64,000 nucleotides of DNA from Acidobacteriota bacterium (GTDB lineage: Bacteria > Acidobacteriota > Vicinamibacteria > Fen-336). Position numbers and translations under genes: made by a program. Positions 1 to 9,982 of the stretch are shown piece after piece; the stretch's first letter is position 1, and every line of letters begins with the position of its first letter. The DNA lies in NCBI GenBank assembly GCA_003223555.1, contig QHVM01000082.1, forward strand, positions 163,762 to 227,761, written 5' to 3'. The notes under the pieces were generated by a model that was not told the origin of the DNA, made no database searches, and was given only the letters and a program-made list of their open reading frames with translations.

Positions 1-1161
1 TCGAGGCTCGCCCCCGGCGCCTTGATCCTCACCGGCGCCGATCGCGCGGCGGTCGAGCGGGCGGCGAAGGATCTCTCGCTGACCGTGGTGGCGCTGGACG
101 CGGCGCCGAAGGTGAAGGCGCACCAGGTCGGCGTGCCGCGGGTCGCCATCGTCCACGACTGGCTGAACACGCAGAACGAAGGCTGGTGGCGGATCGCCTT
201 CGACCGCTACGCGGTGCCCTACGACTACGTCTCCGTCCACGTCGTGCGCGACACGCCGGACCTGCGCTCGCGGTGGGACGTCATCGTCTTCCCGCCCACC
301 GGGGGTGCTTCGGTGCAGCGCGAGATCGCGGGGATCCAGGCCTCCGACGCCGTCCCCTGGACGCCGAGCGACAGGTACCCGAACCTCGGCGGGCCGGACA
401 AGACGGACGACATGCGGGGCGGGATCGGGTTCGAAGGCCTCGCCCACCTGCGCCGCTTCGTCGAGCAGGGAGGCGCGCTCGTCGCCGCCGCCAGCTCGGC
501 CGTGCTGCCGGTGCGGACGGGCCTGGTGGAGGCGGTGGACGTGGCGGAGACCCGGGGCTTGCAGGCGCGCGGCAGCGTGGTGCGGGCGACGATCGTCGAT
601 CGTGCGAGCCCCATCGCGTACGGCTACGGCGAGACCCTCGCCGTCTATTTCAACCAGGCGCCCGCCTTCGAGGCCGGTCCGGCGGTGGCCCTCGGCGGCG
701 CCCAGCGCTTCGCCGAGATCTTCGGGCCGCCGACGCAAGGCCGCGTCTCCGGCCGCGGCGGGCCGAAGGACCCCGACATCCCGCAGGGCCGTCCCTATGT
801 GGCGCCTCCCGAGACGCCCAAGGGTCCGCCGCAGACGATCGCCGACATCCCGGAGGAGATCCTGGACTTCGTCCGCAACCAGCTCCCGCCCGAGGACCGC
901 CTGCCGCGCGTGGTCGCCCGGTTCGCCAAGAAGGACGACCTGTGGGTCTCGGGGATGCTCGACAAGGGCGAGGAGCTGGCCGAGAGGCCGGCCGTCATCG
1001 ACTGCCCGCTCGGCAAGGGGCACGTGGTCCTCTTCGCCAACAACCCGATGTGGCGCTGGCAGACCCACGGCAGCCACGCCCTCGTCTTCAACACGATCCT
1101 GAACTGGGACCATCTCGACGCCGGCCGGACGGCGGCGAAGCCGGCGCCTCCCCGGCCCTGA
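1..1161 (+). CDS. C-terminal part of a large protein, probably M14 zinc carboxypeptidase-like with a class I glutamine-amidotransferase-like C-terminal domain (5' end outside window)
   Basis: Open frame from the window edge; motifs NEGWWRIAFD, LRRFVEQGG and GKGHVVLFANNPMWRWQT resemble the C-termini of such proteins. Confidence 0.55.
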   Translation, partial: SRLAPGALILTGADRAAVERAAKDLSLTVVALDAAPKVKAHQVGVPRVAIVHDWLNTQNEGWWRIAFDRYAVPYDYVSVHVVRDTPDLRSRWDVIVFPPTGGASVQREIAGIQASDAVPWTPSDRYPNLGGPDKTDDMRGGIGFEGLAHLRRFVEQGGALVAAASSAVLPVRTGLVEAVDVAETRGLQARGSVVRATIVDRASPIAYGYGETLAVYFNQAPAFEAGPAVALGGAQRFAEIFGPPTQGRVSGRGGPKDPDIPQGRPYVAPPETPKGPPQTIADIPEEILDFVRNQLPPEDRLPRVVARFAKKDDLWVSGMLDKGEELAERPAVIDCPLGKGHVVLFANNPMWRWQTHGSHALVFNTILNWDHLDAGRTAAKPAPPRP

Positions 1162-1200
1162 GGGCGCGCCGCATCGCGCGGCCCATGTCATCCTGAAGCC

Positions 1201-4200
1201 GTGGGCTTCCACCCCGCGGTCGAGGACTGGTTCGCGGCGACGTTTCCCGGCCCGACGCGGGCCCAGCGGCTGGCCTGGCCGGAGATCGCGGCCGGCCACT
1301 CGACCCTCGTCCTCGCGCCGACCGGCTCGGGCAAGACGCTGGCCGCCTTCCTCGCCGCCATCGACCGGCTGATGTTCACGCCGGCACCGCCGGCGGCGGA
1401 GCGGTGCCGCGTCGTCTACGTCTCTCCGCTGCGCGCCCTGGCCTTCGACGTGGAGCGCAACCTCCGCGCGCCCCTGGCCGGCATCGCCCGCACCGCCGAG
1501 CGCCGGGGCATCGACTTCCACCGGCCCGAGATCGGTCTGCGCACGGGCGACACCCCCGCCGCCGAGCGGGCCCGCATGGCGCGCCATCCGCCCGACATCC
1601 TCATCACGACTCCGGAGTCGCTCTTCCTCGTCCTGACCTCGCGGGCGCGGGCCATGCTCCCCTCGGCCGAGCTGGTGATCGTGGATGAGATCCACGCCCT
1701 CGTCGGGAGCAAGCGGGGCGCGCACCTCGCCCTCTCGCTCGAGCGGATGGCGGAGCTGGCGCGCACGCCGCCGCAGAGGGTCGGCCTCTCCGCCACCCAG
1801 CGTCCGCTGGAAGAGGTTGCCCGTTACCTGGGTGGCGGCGAAGGAGTCCGCGCCTGGCGGCCCCGGCCGGTGTCGATCGTCGACGCGGCCGAGGGCAAGG
1901 CGTTCGACCTCAAGGTCGAGGTCCCGGTCGAGGACATGTCGCGGCTGGGGGAGGTGCTGCCGGCGACCGCTCCCGACGGCAGGCTAGCCGAGGCGGCCAG
2001 CCAACCCGCGGGCGCCGTCGCTCGCCGGTCCATCTGGCCCGCGATCCATCCCCGCCTGCTGGAGCTCGTGCGCGCCCACCGTTCCACCTTGATCTTCGTG
2101 AACAGCCGGCGGCTGGCCGAGCGGCTGGCCGCCGCTCTCAACGACCTGGCCGGCGAGGAGCTTGTCCGGGCCCACCACGGCTCGGTCGCCCGCGAGCAAC
2201 GGATCGCCATCGAGGACGCGCTCAAGGCGGGCCGCCTGCCCGCCATCGTGGCCACGTCGTCCCTGGAGCTGGGGATCGACATGGGGGCGATCGACCTGGT
2301 GGTGCAGATCGAGACCCCGCCTTCGGTGGCGGCGGGGATGCAGCGGATCGGGCGCGGCGGCCACCAGGCCGGGGCGGTCTCCCGCGGCGTGATCTTCCCC
2401 AAGTACCGCGGCGACCTGCTCTCCACCGCCGCCATCACCCGCGCCATGCAGCAAGGCGCCGTGGAAGCGACCCGCGTCCCCGCCAATCCCCTCGACGTCC
2501 TCGCCCAGCAGATCGTGGCCGTCTGCACGGAAGGCCCGCGCAGCGTGGACTCGCTGCTGGCTCTGGTGCGCCGGGCCGCCTCCTTCGCCAGGCTGCCCCG
2601 GGCCCAGTTCGAGGGCGTCCTCGACATGCTGGCCGGCCGCTACCCGTCCGACGAGTTCGCCGAGCTGCGCCCGCGTCTGGTGTGGGACCGGCTCCGTGGC
2701 ACGGTGAGGGCGCGCGAGGGCGCGGCCCGGCTCGCCATCGCCAACGCGGGCACGATCCCCGACCGCGGGCTCTACGGCGTCTTCCTGGCCGAGGGAGGCC
2801 AGGAGGCGCCGGGGAGCCGGAGGAGATGGTGTTCGAGAGCCGGGTGGGCGAGGTCTTCGTGCTCGGCGCGTCGAGCTGGCGCATCGCGGAGATCACACGC
2901 GACCGGGTCCTGGTCGTCCCCGCGCCCGGCGAGCCCGGCAAGATGCCTTTCTGGCACGGCGACCGGGAGCCGCGCCCGGTCGAGCTGGGCCGGACGGTCG
3001 GCGCGCTCACGCGCGAGCTCGCGGCGCACCCGCGCGATCAGGGCCGGCGCCGCCTGGTCGACGAGCACGCCCTGGCCCCGGTCGCGGCGGACAACCTCCT
3101 CGATTACCTCGAGGAGCAGCGCCAGGCGACCGGCGTCCTGCCCGACGACCGGACGCTGGTGCTGGAGCGCTCGCGGGACGAGATGGGCGACTGGCGGCTG
3201 TGCCTGCTGTCGCCGTGGGGTGGGCGTGTCCATGCCCCGTGGTCACTGGCCCTCCAGGCCGGGATGCGCGCGGCCGGGGAAGCGGAAGTGGAGACGCTGT
3301 GGAGCGACGACGGCATCGTCGTCCGCGTCCCCGACCGCGAGCGGCCGCCCGAGGCGACCGCGCTCGTCCCGCAACCCGAGGAGGTCGAGGACCTGGTGGT
3401 GGCCGAGCTGGGCCGGAGCGCGCTGTTCGCGGCGCGTTTCCGCGAGGCGGCGGCCCGGGCGCTGCTCCTGCCCCGGCGGCGGCCCGGGCTGCGCTCGCCC
3501 CTGTGGATGCAGCGCAAGCGCGCGGCCGACCTGCTCGCGGTGGCCGCTCGCTTCGGCTCGTTCCCGATCATCCTCGAGACGTACCGGGAGTGCCTGCAGG
3601 ACGTGTTCGACGTGCCGTCGCTGCTGGAGCTGTTGCGGCGGATCCGCCGCCGCGAGCTGCGCCTGGTGACGGTCGACACGGCCAGCCCCTCGCCCTTCTC
3701 CGCGTCGCTGCTCTTCGGCTACGTGGCCAACTACATCTACGACGGCGACGCGCCCCTGGCCGAGCGCCGGGCCCAGGCCCTCTCGGTCGACCAGGCCCAG
3801 CTGAGGGAACTGCTGGGCGAGGCCGAGCTGCGCGAGCTCATCGACCCCGCGGTCCTGGCCGAGGTGGAGCAGGAGCGGCAATGCCTGGACGAGCGGCGGC
3901 GCGCCCACGGAGCGGACGCCGTGCACGACCTGCTCGTCCGGCTCGGCGACCTCACCCGCGACGAGCTGGCCGCCCGCGTCGCTCCGCCCGCCCGGGGGGA
4001 CGAGGCCGACGCCGCTCCGCGGGAGCTGGCCGAGCGCTGGGCGGCCGCCCTGGTCGACGCGCGGCGCGCCTTCTTCGTGAGCCTGGCCGGAGACGAGCGC
4101 CTGGCGGCGGCCGAGGACGCCGGCCGCCTGCGCGACGCGTTCGGGGTGCCTCCGCCGCCAGGTCTGCCGGGGGCGTTCCTGGACCCGGCCCGGGACGCCC

Positions 4201-5813
4201 TGCGCGACGTGGTTGCCCGCTACGCCCGCACCCACGGGCCGTTCACGGGGACTGACATCGCGCGGCGTTACGCCACCGCCGAGCAAGGCGTGGAACAGGC
4301 CCTGCGCCGCCTGGCCGAGGCGGGCCGGGTGCTGGAAGGCGAGTTCCGTCCCGGCGGCATTGGCCGCGAGTGGTGCGACGCCGCGGTGCTGCAGGCGTTG
4401 CGGCGCCGCTCGCTCGCCCGACTCCGCCGGCAGGTCGAGCCGGCCGAGCCCGCCGCCCTGGCCCGGCTCCTCCTCGACTGGCAGGACGTGGCGACCGGCG
4501 AGCTGCGTCCGCTCCAGAGCGGATCGGAGGCCGTCCTGCAGGTCGTCGAGCAGCTCCAGGGCGCGGTCGTGCCCGCCTCGGTCCTCGAGCGCGACGTGAT
4601 GCTCGCCCGCATCCCCGGCTACCGCCCGGCCGACCTCGACGCACCCTGTGCGGCGGGCGAGGTCGTATGGGTGGGGATCGCTCCGCTCGGCGAGCGGGAC
4701 GGCAAGGTCGCGCTCTTCCTCGCCGAAGACCTCTGGCTGCTCCACTCGCCGCGGGCCGACAAGCCGAAGGGCGAGGTCCACGACCGCCTGCGGGAGCATC
4801 TGGCTCGTCACGGCGCGAGCTTCTTCGCCGACCTGCACCAGGCCGCCGGGGGCGGGCTCGTGCAGCCGGTGCTCGACGCCCTCTGGGACCTGGTGTGGGC
4901 GGGCGAGGTGACCAACGACACCCTGGGCGCGCTGCGGGCCTTCGCGCGCAGCCCCGGCCGCCGGCGCCGCCCCGCCCGCCCGTCCGCGCCGTTCCGCTCC
5001 CGGCGTCACGCGCCCCCGAGCGCGGGCGGGCGCTGGAGCCTGCTCCTCCCGCCTCCGGCCTCGCGCACGCCGACCCCCACCGAGCGCGCCAAGGCCCAGG
5101 CCGAGCAGCTGCTGTCTCGCCACGGCGTGCTCACCCGGGCCGCGGTGATCGCGGAGGGCGTCCCGGGCGGCTTCGCCGCGCTCTACCCGGTGCTGCGCGC
5201 GCTCGAGGAATCGGGTCGGGTGCGGCGCGGATACTTCGTCTCCGGGCTGGGGGGCTCCCAGTTCGCGCACCCGGGCGCGCTCGAGCGGCTGCGCGCGCGG
5301 CGCGAGCCGTCCTCCGCGCTCGCCGACGCGCCGCGTCTCTCGGTGGCGGTGCTGGCCGCGACCGACCCCGCAAGCCCGTACGGCGCCTCGCTGCCGTGGC
5401 CCAAGGCAGGGGCCGGCCGCCTGCAGCGGGCCGCCGGCTCCCACGTCGTCCTCGTCGACGGAGCCCTCGTCGCGCATCTCCGGCCGGGCGAAGGAGAGAT
5501 CACGACCTTCCTGCCTGCGGACGAGCCCGCCCGCTCGCGCTCGGCCGCGGCCCTGGCCGGAGCGGTGGGCGGCTGGTCCGCGGCCGGGCACGGCGCCGTC
5601 GTCTGGATGAGCGTCGACGGCGAGCCGGTCGCGCGGAGCGCGCTCGCTTCCACGCTGCGCGCGGCGGGCTTCGTCCCGTCGGGACCGGGCATGAGGATAC
5701 GACCCGAATATGCGGCGGCGGCCGCCGCGCAGTCCCGTGCCGAGCCGGGCCCCGGGCCAGCCGAGGACGCGGACGACGAGGCGGCCGGGACGGCGGGGGA
5801 GCCCGAAGGCTGA
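1201..5813 (+). pseudogene. lhr: Lhr-family ATP-dependent DEAH-box helicase, frameshifted near 2820
   Basis: Frame 1 has APTGSGKT, DEIH, SAT, TSSLELGID, QRIGRGGH and GTIPDRGLYGVF; the sequence continues in the -1 frame as EEMVFESRVGEVF through the long Lhr C-terminal region to the stop at 5813. Confidence 0.85.
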
Positions 5814-5841
5814 TGCGCTAAGGCGACCGCCTGACGCGGCT

Positions 5842-6903
5842 TCAGGCCCGCACCAGCGTCGCCCCCCAGCTCATGCCGGCCCCGAAGGCCACCAGCAACA
5901 CCAGGTCCCCCGGCCGGATCCTTCCCCGCCGGGCGCACTCGTCCCACAGCAGGGGGATGGTGGCGGCGGTGGTGTTGCCGTACTTGTGGATGTTGTGGAC
6001 GACCTTGTCGTCGGGGACCCCCAGCGCCTTCTGGCAGTGCTCGTTGATCCGCCGGTTGGCCTGGTGCATGAGCACGAGCGCCACGTCGTCGATCCTCAAG
6101 CCGTTGCGGGCGAGGACCTGCTGCGCGACCTCCACCATGCGGGTGGCGGCGAGCTTGAAGACGTAGCGGCCGTCCATCACCGGGATGTGGTCGCCGCGGG
6201 CGAACTGCTCGGGGTCGGTGTAGGGCCGGTGCTTGAAGCCGGTGCCGGGCACGTAGAGCTTGTCGTAATCGGCCCCGTCGGTGCCGAGGACGGAATCGAC
6301 GATCCCGCGCGAGCCGTCCTCCTGCGCCTGCAGCACCACCGCCGCCCCCGCGTCGCCGAAGAGCACGGTCAGGTGACGGAAGCGGGAGTTCCAGGCGTGC
6401 TCGGCCGGGGTGGGCGGCACGTCCGACCGGCCGTAGAGATAATCCCAGTTGGCGGCCGAGTAGGGCATGAAGCCGCTGTGGACCTCGGCCCCCACCAGCA
6501 GCACGGTGCGGGCCAGGCCCGCCCTGACGTGGGCGTCCACGAGCTGGAGGCCGTAGAGGAAGCCCACGCACTGCTGCCGGATGTCGAAGCAGGGGACGTT
6601 CCGCAGGCCGAGCTTGGCCTGCAGCAGAGGGCCGGCGCCCGGGAAATAGTAGTCGGGGGTCATGGTGGCGAAGACCACCAGGTCCACGTCCTCCGGCGCG
6701 GTGGCCCCCTCGGCCAGGGCCCGGCGGGCGGCGGCCACTCCCAGGTCGGAGGTGGCCGTGCCGAGGTCCACGTAGTAGCGCGTCTCCACCCCGCTGCGCT
6801 CGCGGATCCACTCGTCGCTCGTGTCCATGATGCGGGCCAGCATCTGGTTGGTCACGGCATTGGGGGGGATCTCGGAGCCGCTGCCGACGATGACCGCCCG
6901 CAT
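5842..6903 (-). CDS. fabH: 3-oxoacyl-ACP synthase III family protein (paralog 1, with insertion)
   Basis: DTSDEWIRERSG, QQCVGF (catalytic Cys), FGDAGAA, HQAN, YGNT, AFGAG. Confidence 0.88.
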   Translation of the reverse strand: MRAVIVGSGSEIPPNAVTNQMLARIMDTSDEWIRERSGVETRYYVDLGTATSDLGVAAARRALAEGATAPEDVDLVVFATMTPDYYFPGAGPLLQAKLGLRNVPCFDIRQQCVGFLYGLQLVDAHVRAGLARTVLLVGAEVHSGFMPYSAANWDYLYGRSDVPPTPAEHAWNSRFRHLTVLFGDAGAAVVLQAQEDGSRGIVDSVLGTDGADYDKLYVPGTGFKHRPYTDPEQFARGDHIPVMDGRYVFKLAATRMVEVAQQVLARNGLRIDDVALVLMHQANRRINEHCQKALGVPDDKVVHNIHKYGNTTAATIPLLWDECARRGRIRPGDLVLLVAFGAGMSWGATLVRA

Positions 6904-6959
6904 GAAGCGCATTCTATCCGGTTGCGCCGGGGCCGGGCGCCGGACTATGGTGGAGGCAC

Positions 6960-7406
6960 ATGCTCAAGCGGGGCGAGACGGCGCCGGACTTCGCGGTGGG
7001 CGGCCGCACCCTCTACCAGATCCTCGACGAGCGCGCGGCGGTGGTCTTCTTCTTCCCCAAGGCGTTCACCGCCGGCTGAACGAAGGAGGCCGGCGGGTTC
7101 CGCCGGGAGTACGACAACCTCCAGGCGTCGGGCTGCGAGGTCATCGGCGTGTCCCGGGATTCCCAGGAGACGAACGACCGCTTCCGGGAGAGCCTGCGCC
7201 TGCCCTACTCGCTCGTCGGCGACCCGGAGGAGCGGATCGTCCGCGCCTACGACGTGCGCTGGCCGATCCTCGGCATGGTCCAGCGCGTCACCTACGTGGT
7301 CGGGCGCAACCGGAAGGTGCGTCTCGCCTTCCACAGCGAGTTGGACATGGACGCCCACTCGGCGCGGGCCTGCCGCGCCCTCGCCGAGCAGGCTCCCTCC
7401 GCCTGA
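6960..7406 (+). CDS. bcp: Bcp/PrxQ-family peroxiredoxin, probable selenoprotein (Sec codon TGA 7077-7079)
   Basis: GGAGG RBS at 6952-6956 and ATG 6960 give MLKRGETAPDF...FFPKAFTAG-TGA-TKEAGGFRREY...VIGVSRDS...RVTYVV; the TGA occupies the peroxidatic Cys position of PxxxTxxC; same frame as ORF 7149..7406. Confidence 0.88.
7090..7106 (+). promoter_or_regulatory. Putative bacterial SECIS hairpin of the Sec-peroxiredoxin
   Basis: CCGGCGG-GTT-CCGCCGG, a perfect 7-bp stem starting 10 nt after the TGA, with GU in the loop. Confidence 0.7.
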
Positions 7407-7431
7407 GGGCGGAAGGCGTCTGCGCCGCGGC

Positions 7432-8130
7432 ATGCCGGCCTCCCTTTCCGTCGTCATCCCCATGTACAACGAGGAGGCCTACGTGGAGCGGGCGGTGGCC
7501 GCGGCCCGCGCGGTGCTGGAAGGGATGGGGGCCGAGTGGGAGCTGGTGCTCGTCGATGACGCCTCCACCGACGCCACGCCGGCCCTCGCCGAGCGTCTGG
7601 CCCGGACCGACCCGCGCATCCGCGTGGTCCACAACCCGGTCAACCGTCGCCTGGGCGGCGCCTTGAGAGCCGGCTACGCCGCGGCCTCGAAGGAGCTGGT
7701 CTTCTACACGGACGCCGACCTGCCGGTGGACCTCGGGCAGCTCCCCCGGGCCGTGGGCCTGCTGGAGGGCCAGCAAGCGGACCTGCTCGCCGGCTATCGC
7801 TTCGACCGGACGTCCGAGGGCCTGCGCCGCGCGCTGTACACGATCGGCTACCACCTGCTCGTGCGGCTGCTCTTCGGCCTCCGCATCCGCGACGTGAACT
7901 TCGCCTTCAAGCTCTTCCGCCGCTCGCTGCTCCAGCGGATCGAGCTGAAGAGCGAGGGCAGCTTCATCGACGCCGAGCTGCTGCTGCGGGCGCGCAAGGC
8001 GGGGGCGGTGATGATCCAGCTCGGCCTCGACTACTTCCCGCGCACGCGGGGTTCGTCCAAGCTCTCCTCGCTGGACGTCATCGCCGCGATCCTGCGCGAG
8101 ATGGCAGGGCAGTGGCGTGAGCTGCGCTAG
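7432..8130 (+). CDS. GT2 glycosyltransferase (polyprenol-phosphate sugar synthase-like)
   Basis: SVVIPMYNEE, VDDASTD, YTDADL, DVNFAFKLFRR. Confidence 0.85.
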   Translation: MPASLSVVIPMYNEEAYVERAVAAARAVLEGMGAEWELVLVDDASTDATPALAERLARTDPRIRVVHNPVNRRLGGALRAGYAAASKELVFYTDADLPVDLGQLPRAVGLLEGQQADLLAGYRFDRTSEGLRRALYTIGYHLLVRLLFGLRIRDVNFAFKLFRRSLLQRIELKSEGSFIDAELLLRARKAGAVMIQLGLDYFPRTRGSSKLSSLDVIAAILREMAGQWRELR

Positions 8131-9940
8131 GCGCGCCGCCCTCCTGGCCACCCTGCTCCTCGCCGCCGCCCTGCGTTTCGCCGGGCTGGGATGGGGCCTG
8201 CGCCAGCCGCCGCATCCCGACGAGGCCGTGTTCCTCGACAACGTGGCCCTCATGATCCGCAGCGGCGACCTGGACCATCGCTACTACCAGTACCCCGGCC
8301 TCTTCTTCTACATGCTGTATCCGCTCGTCCGCCTCCTGCCCCACGATCCGCCCGGACCGGCGGCCTACCTGGCCGCCCGCGCCCTGGTGGCCGCCTTCGG
8401 CGTGGCTTCGTGTGCGCTGGCCGCTCGGCTGGCCCGGGAGGTGGCCTCCCCCCGGGCGGGGCTGCTGGCGGCCCTGCTGCTGGCCGTCTCGCCGGTGGCG
8501 GTGGAGACGGCCCACATGGTCCGTCCCGACGTGGTGCTGCAGGCCCTCTGCCTGGCCGTGCTCATCGCGCTCGTCCGGGTCGGCGTCACTCTTCGCGGCG
8601 ACCTGCTCTCCGGTCTCGGCCTCGGCCTGGCGGGGGCGGTGAAGTTCTCGGCGGTGTTCCTCGTGCCCTCCTACCTCGCCCGGCGCCTCGTCGCGCCCGG
8701 ACCCCGGTGGCGGGGCCTGCTCGCCACGGCGGGCGTGGCCCTGGCGGCTTTCGTCCTGGCCAGCCCCTACGCGGTCCTGCACATGGCCGACTTCGTCGCC
8801 GGGGTGAGGGCCCAGGTCGGCTACCACTACCAGGAGCGGGGCCTGAGCCCGGTGTCCTATCCGCGCATGCTGCTCTTCTACCTGGAGGTCTGGCCCAAGG
8901 CCCTCGGATGGCCGGCGGTGCTGCTGGTCCTGGCCGCGCTGCCGTCCGCGTTCCGCGCCTGGCGGATATGGATCCCTTTCCTGTTTCTTCCCGCGACGGC
9001 CACCGCGGTGCTGGCCACCTCGGACATCCGCCACGACCGCTTCCTGCTGCCTGCGCTCGGCGTGGGGTTCGTCCTGGCCGGCCTGGGGGCGGAGCGGCTG
9101 GCCGGCCCGTGGCGCTTCGCCTTCCGCGCCGTCGCCGCCGTGGCGGCGGCGGTGCCGCTCGTCTCGTCGGTCGCCTACTTGCGCGGCGTGGTCGCCCCCA
9201 GCACCCGCGACCGTGTGCTCGACGCCATGGAGCCGGCCGCGCCTCGGGGAAGCCTCGTCATCTCCAGCGTCGAGCGGCTCGGCCTCGACCCCTCACGAGT
9301 CGAGGTCATGGAGATGGACCACCTGGGGCCGAGCCAGCGCGCCCAGCTCCGGGAGGCGGACTTCGTCGTGAGCACGGAGCGCGATGACCCGGCTTCCCTG
9401 GCCGGCCTCGAGAAGCTGCTGGAAACCGCGCCCGTGAACGCCTGGAACGGGCCGCGCCTCACGGTGTGGCGGGTTCCTCCCGCCCAGCGTCCCCTCCGGC
9501 GGCGCGTCCGCCTCGACCCGGCATGGCTGTCCGCCCCCGAGAACCCCGCCGAGATGCCGCTGGCCTGCGACGGCCGCGACGACACCTGGTGGCGGACCGA
9601 GGGCGTCCAGCGGCCGGGCGATTGGCTCCAGGTCAGATTGCCCGCGCCGGTCCTCCTCGACCGGATCGAGCTGGACGTCGACGGCAACGGCCGCTTCGCC
9701 GCCCGCGAGCTGCAGCTGCTCGTGTCCGCCGACGGGCGCCGCTTCGACGAGGCCCCGACGCGTCCCGGGCGGCCTCCGCTCGACGACCAGCGCGTGGAAG
9801 GCAAGAGCCACAGCCAGGTGCTGTTGCTCACGCCGCCCGCGCCGTCCCGCGCCTTTCGCCTCGTCCTCACCCGGCCTGGCGCCCATCGCTGGGGGGTGGC
9901 CGAGCTGCGGGTGGACGAGAGGGTGCCGCCCGCGCCGTAG
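8117..9940 (+). CDS. GT39/ArnT-like membrane glycosyltransferase with C-terminal discoidin (F5/8 type C)-like domain
   Basis: HPDE motif after the first TM helix, many TM segments, VKF motif; C-terminal DGRDDTWW...WLQVRLP. Confidence 0.7.
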   Translation: MSCARRAALLATLLLAAALRFAGLGWGLRQPPHPDEAVFLDNVALMIRSGDLDHRYYQYPGLFFYMLYPLVRLLPHDPPGPAAYLAARALVAAFGVASCALAARLAREVASPRAGLLAALLLAVSPVAVETAHMVRPDVVLQALCLAVLIALVRVGVTLRGDLLSGLGLGLAGAVKFSAVFLVPSYLARRLVAPGPRWRGLLATAGVALAAFVLASPYAVLHMADFVAGVRAQVGYHYQERGLSPVSYPRMLLFYLEVWPKALGWPAVLLVLAALPSAFRAWRIWIPFLFLPATATAVLATSDIRHDRFLLPALGVGFVLAGLGAERLAGPWRFAFRAVAAVAAAVPLVSSVAYLRGVVAPSTRDRVLDAMEPAAPRGSLVISSVERLGLDPSRVEVMEMDHLGPSQRAQLREADFVVSTERDDPASLAGLEKLLETAPVNAWNGPRLTVWRVPPAQRPLRRRVRLDPAWLSAPENPAEMPLACDGRDDTWWRTEGVQRPGDWLQVRLPAPVLLDRIELDVDGNGRFAARELQLLVSADGRRFDEAPTRPGRPPLDDQRVEGKSHSQVLLLTPPAPSRAFRLVLTRPGAHRWGVAELRVDERVPPAP

Positions 9941-9982
9941 GGTGATCAGCGTCGCCCCGGCGGTTGTCGGTCCCGGCCGGGC

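Noticed and set aside
2800..2830. Programmed -1 frameshift in lhr
   Set aside because: No slippery site, and conserved residues appear to be missing, which fits a deletion or assembly error better.
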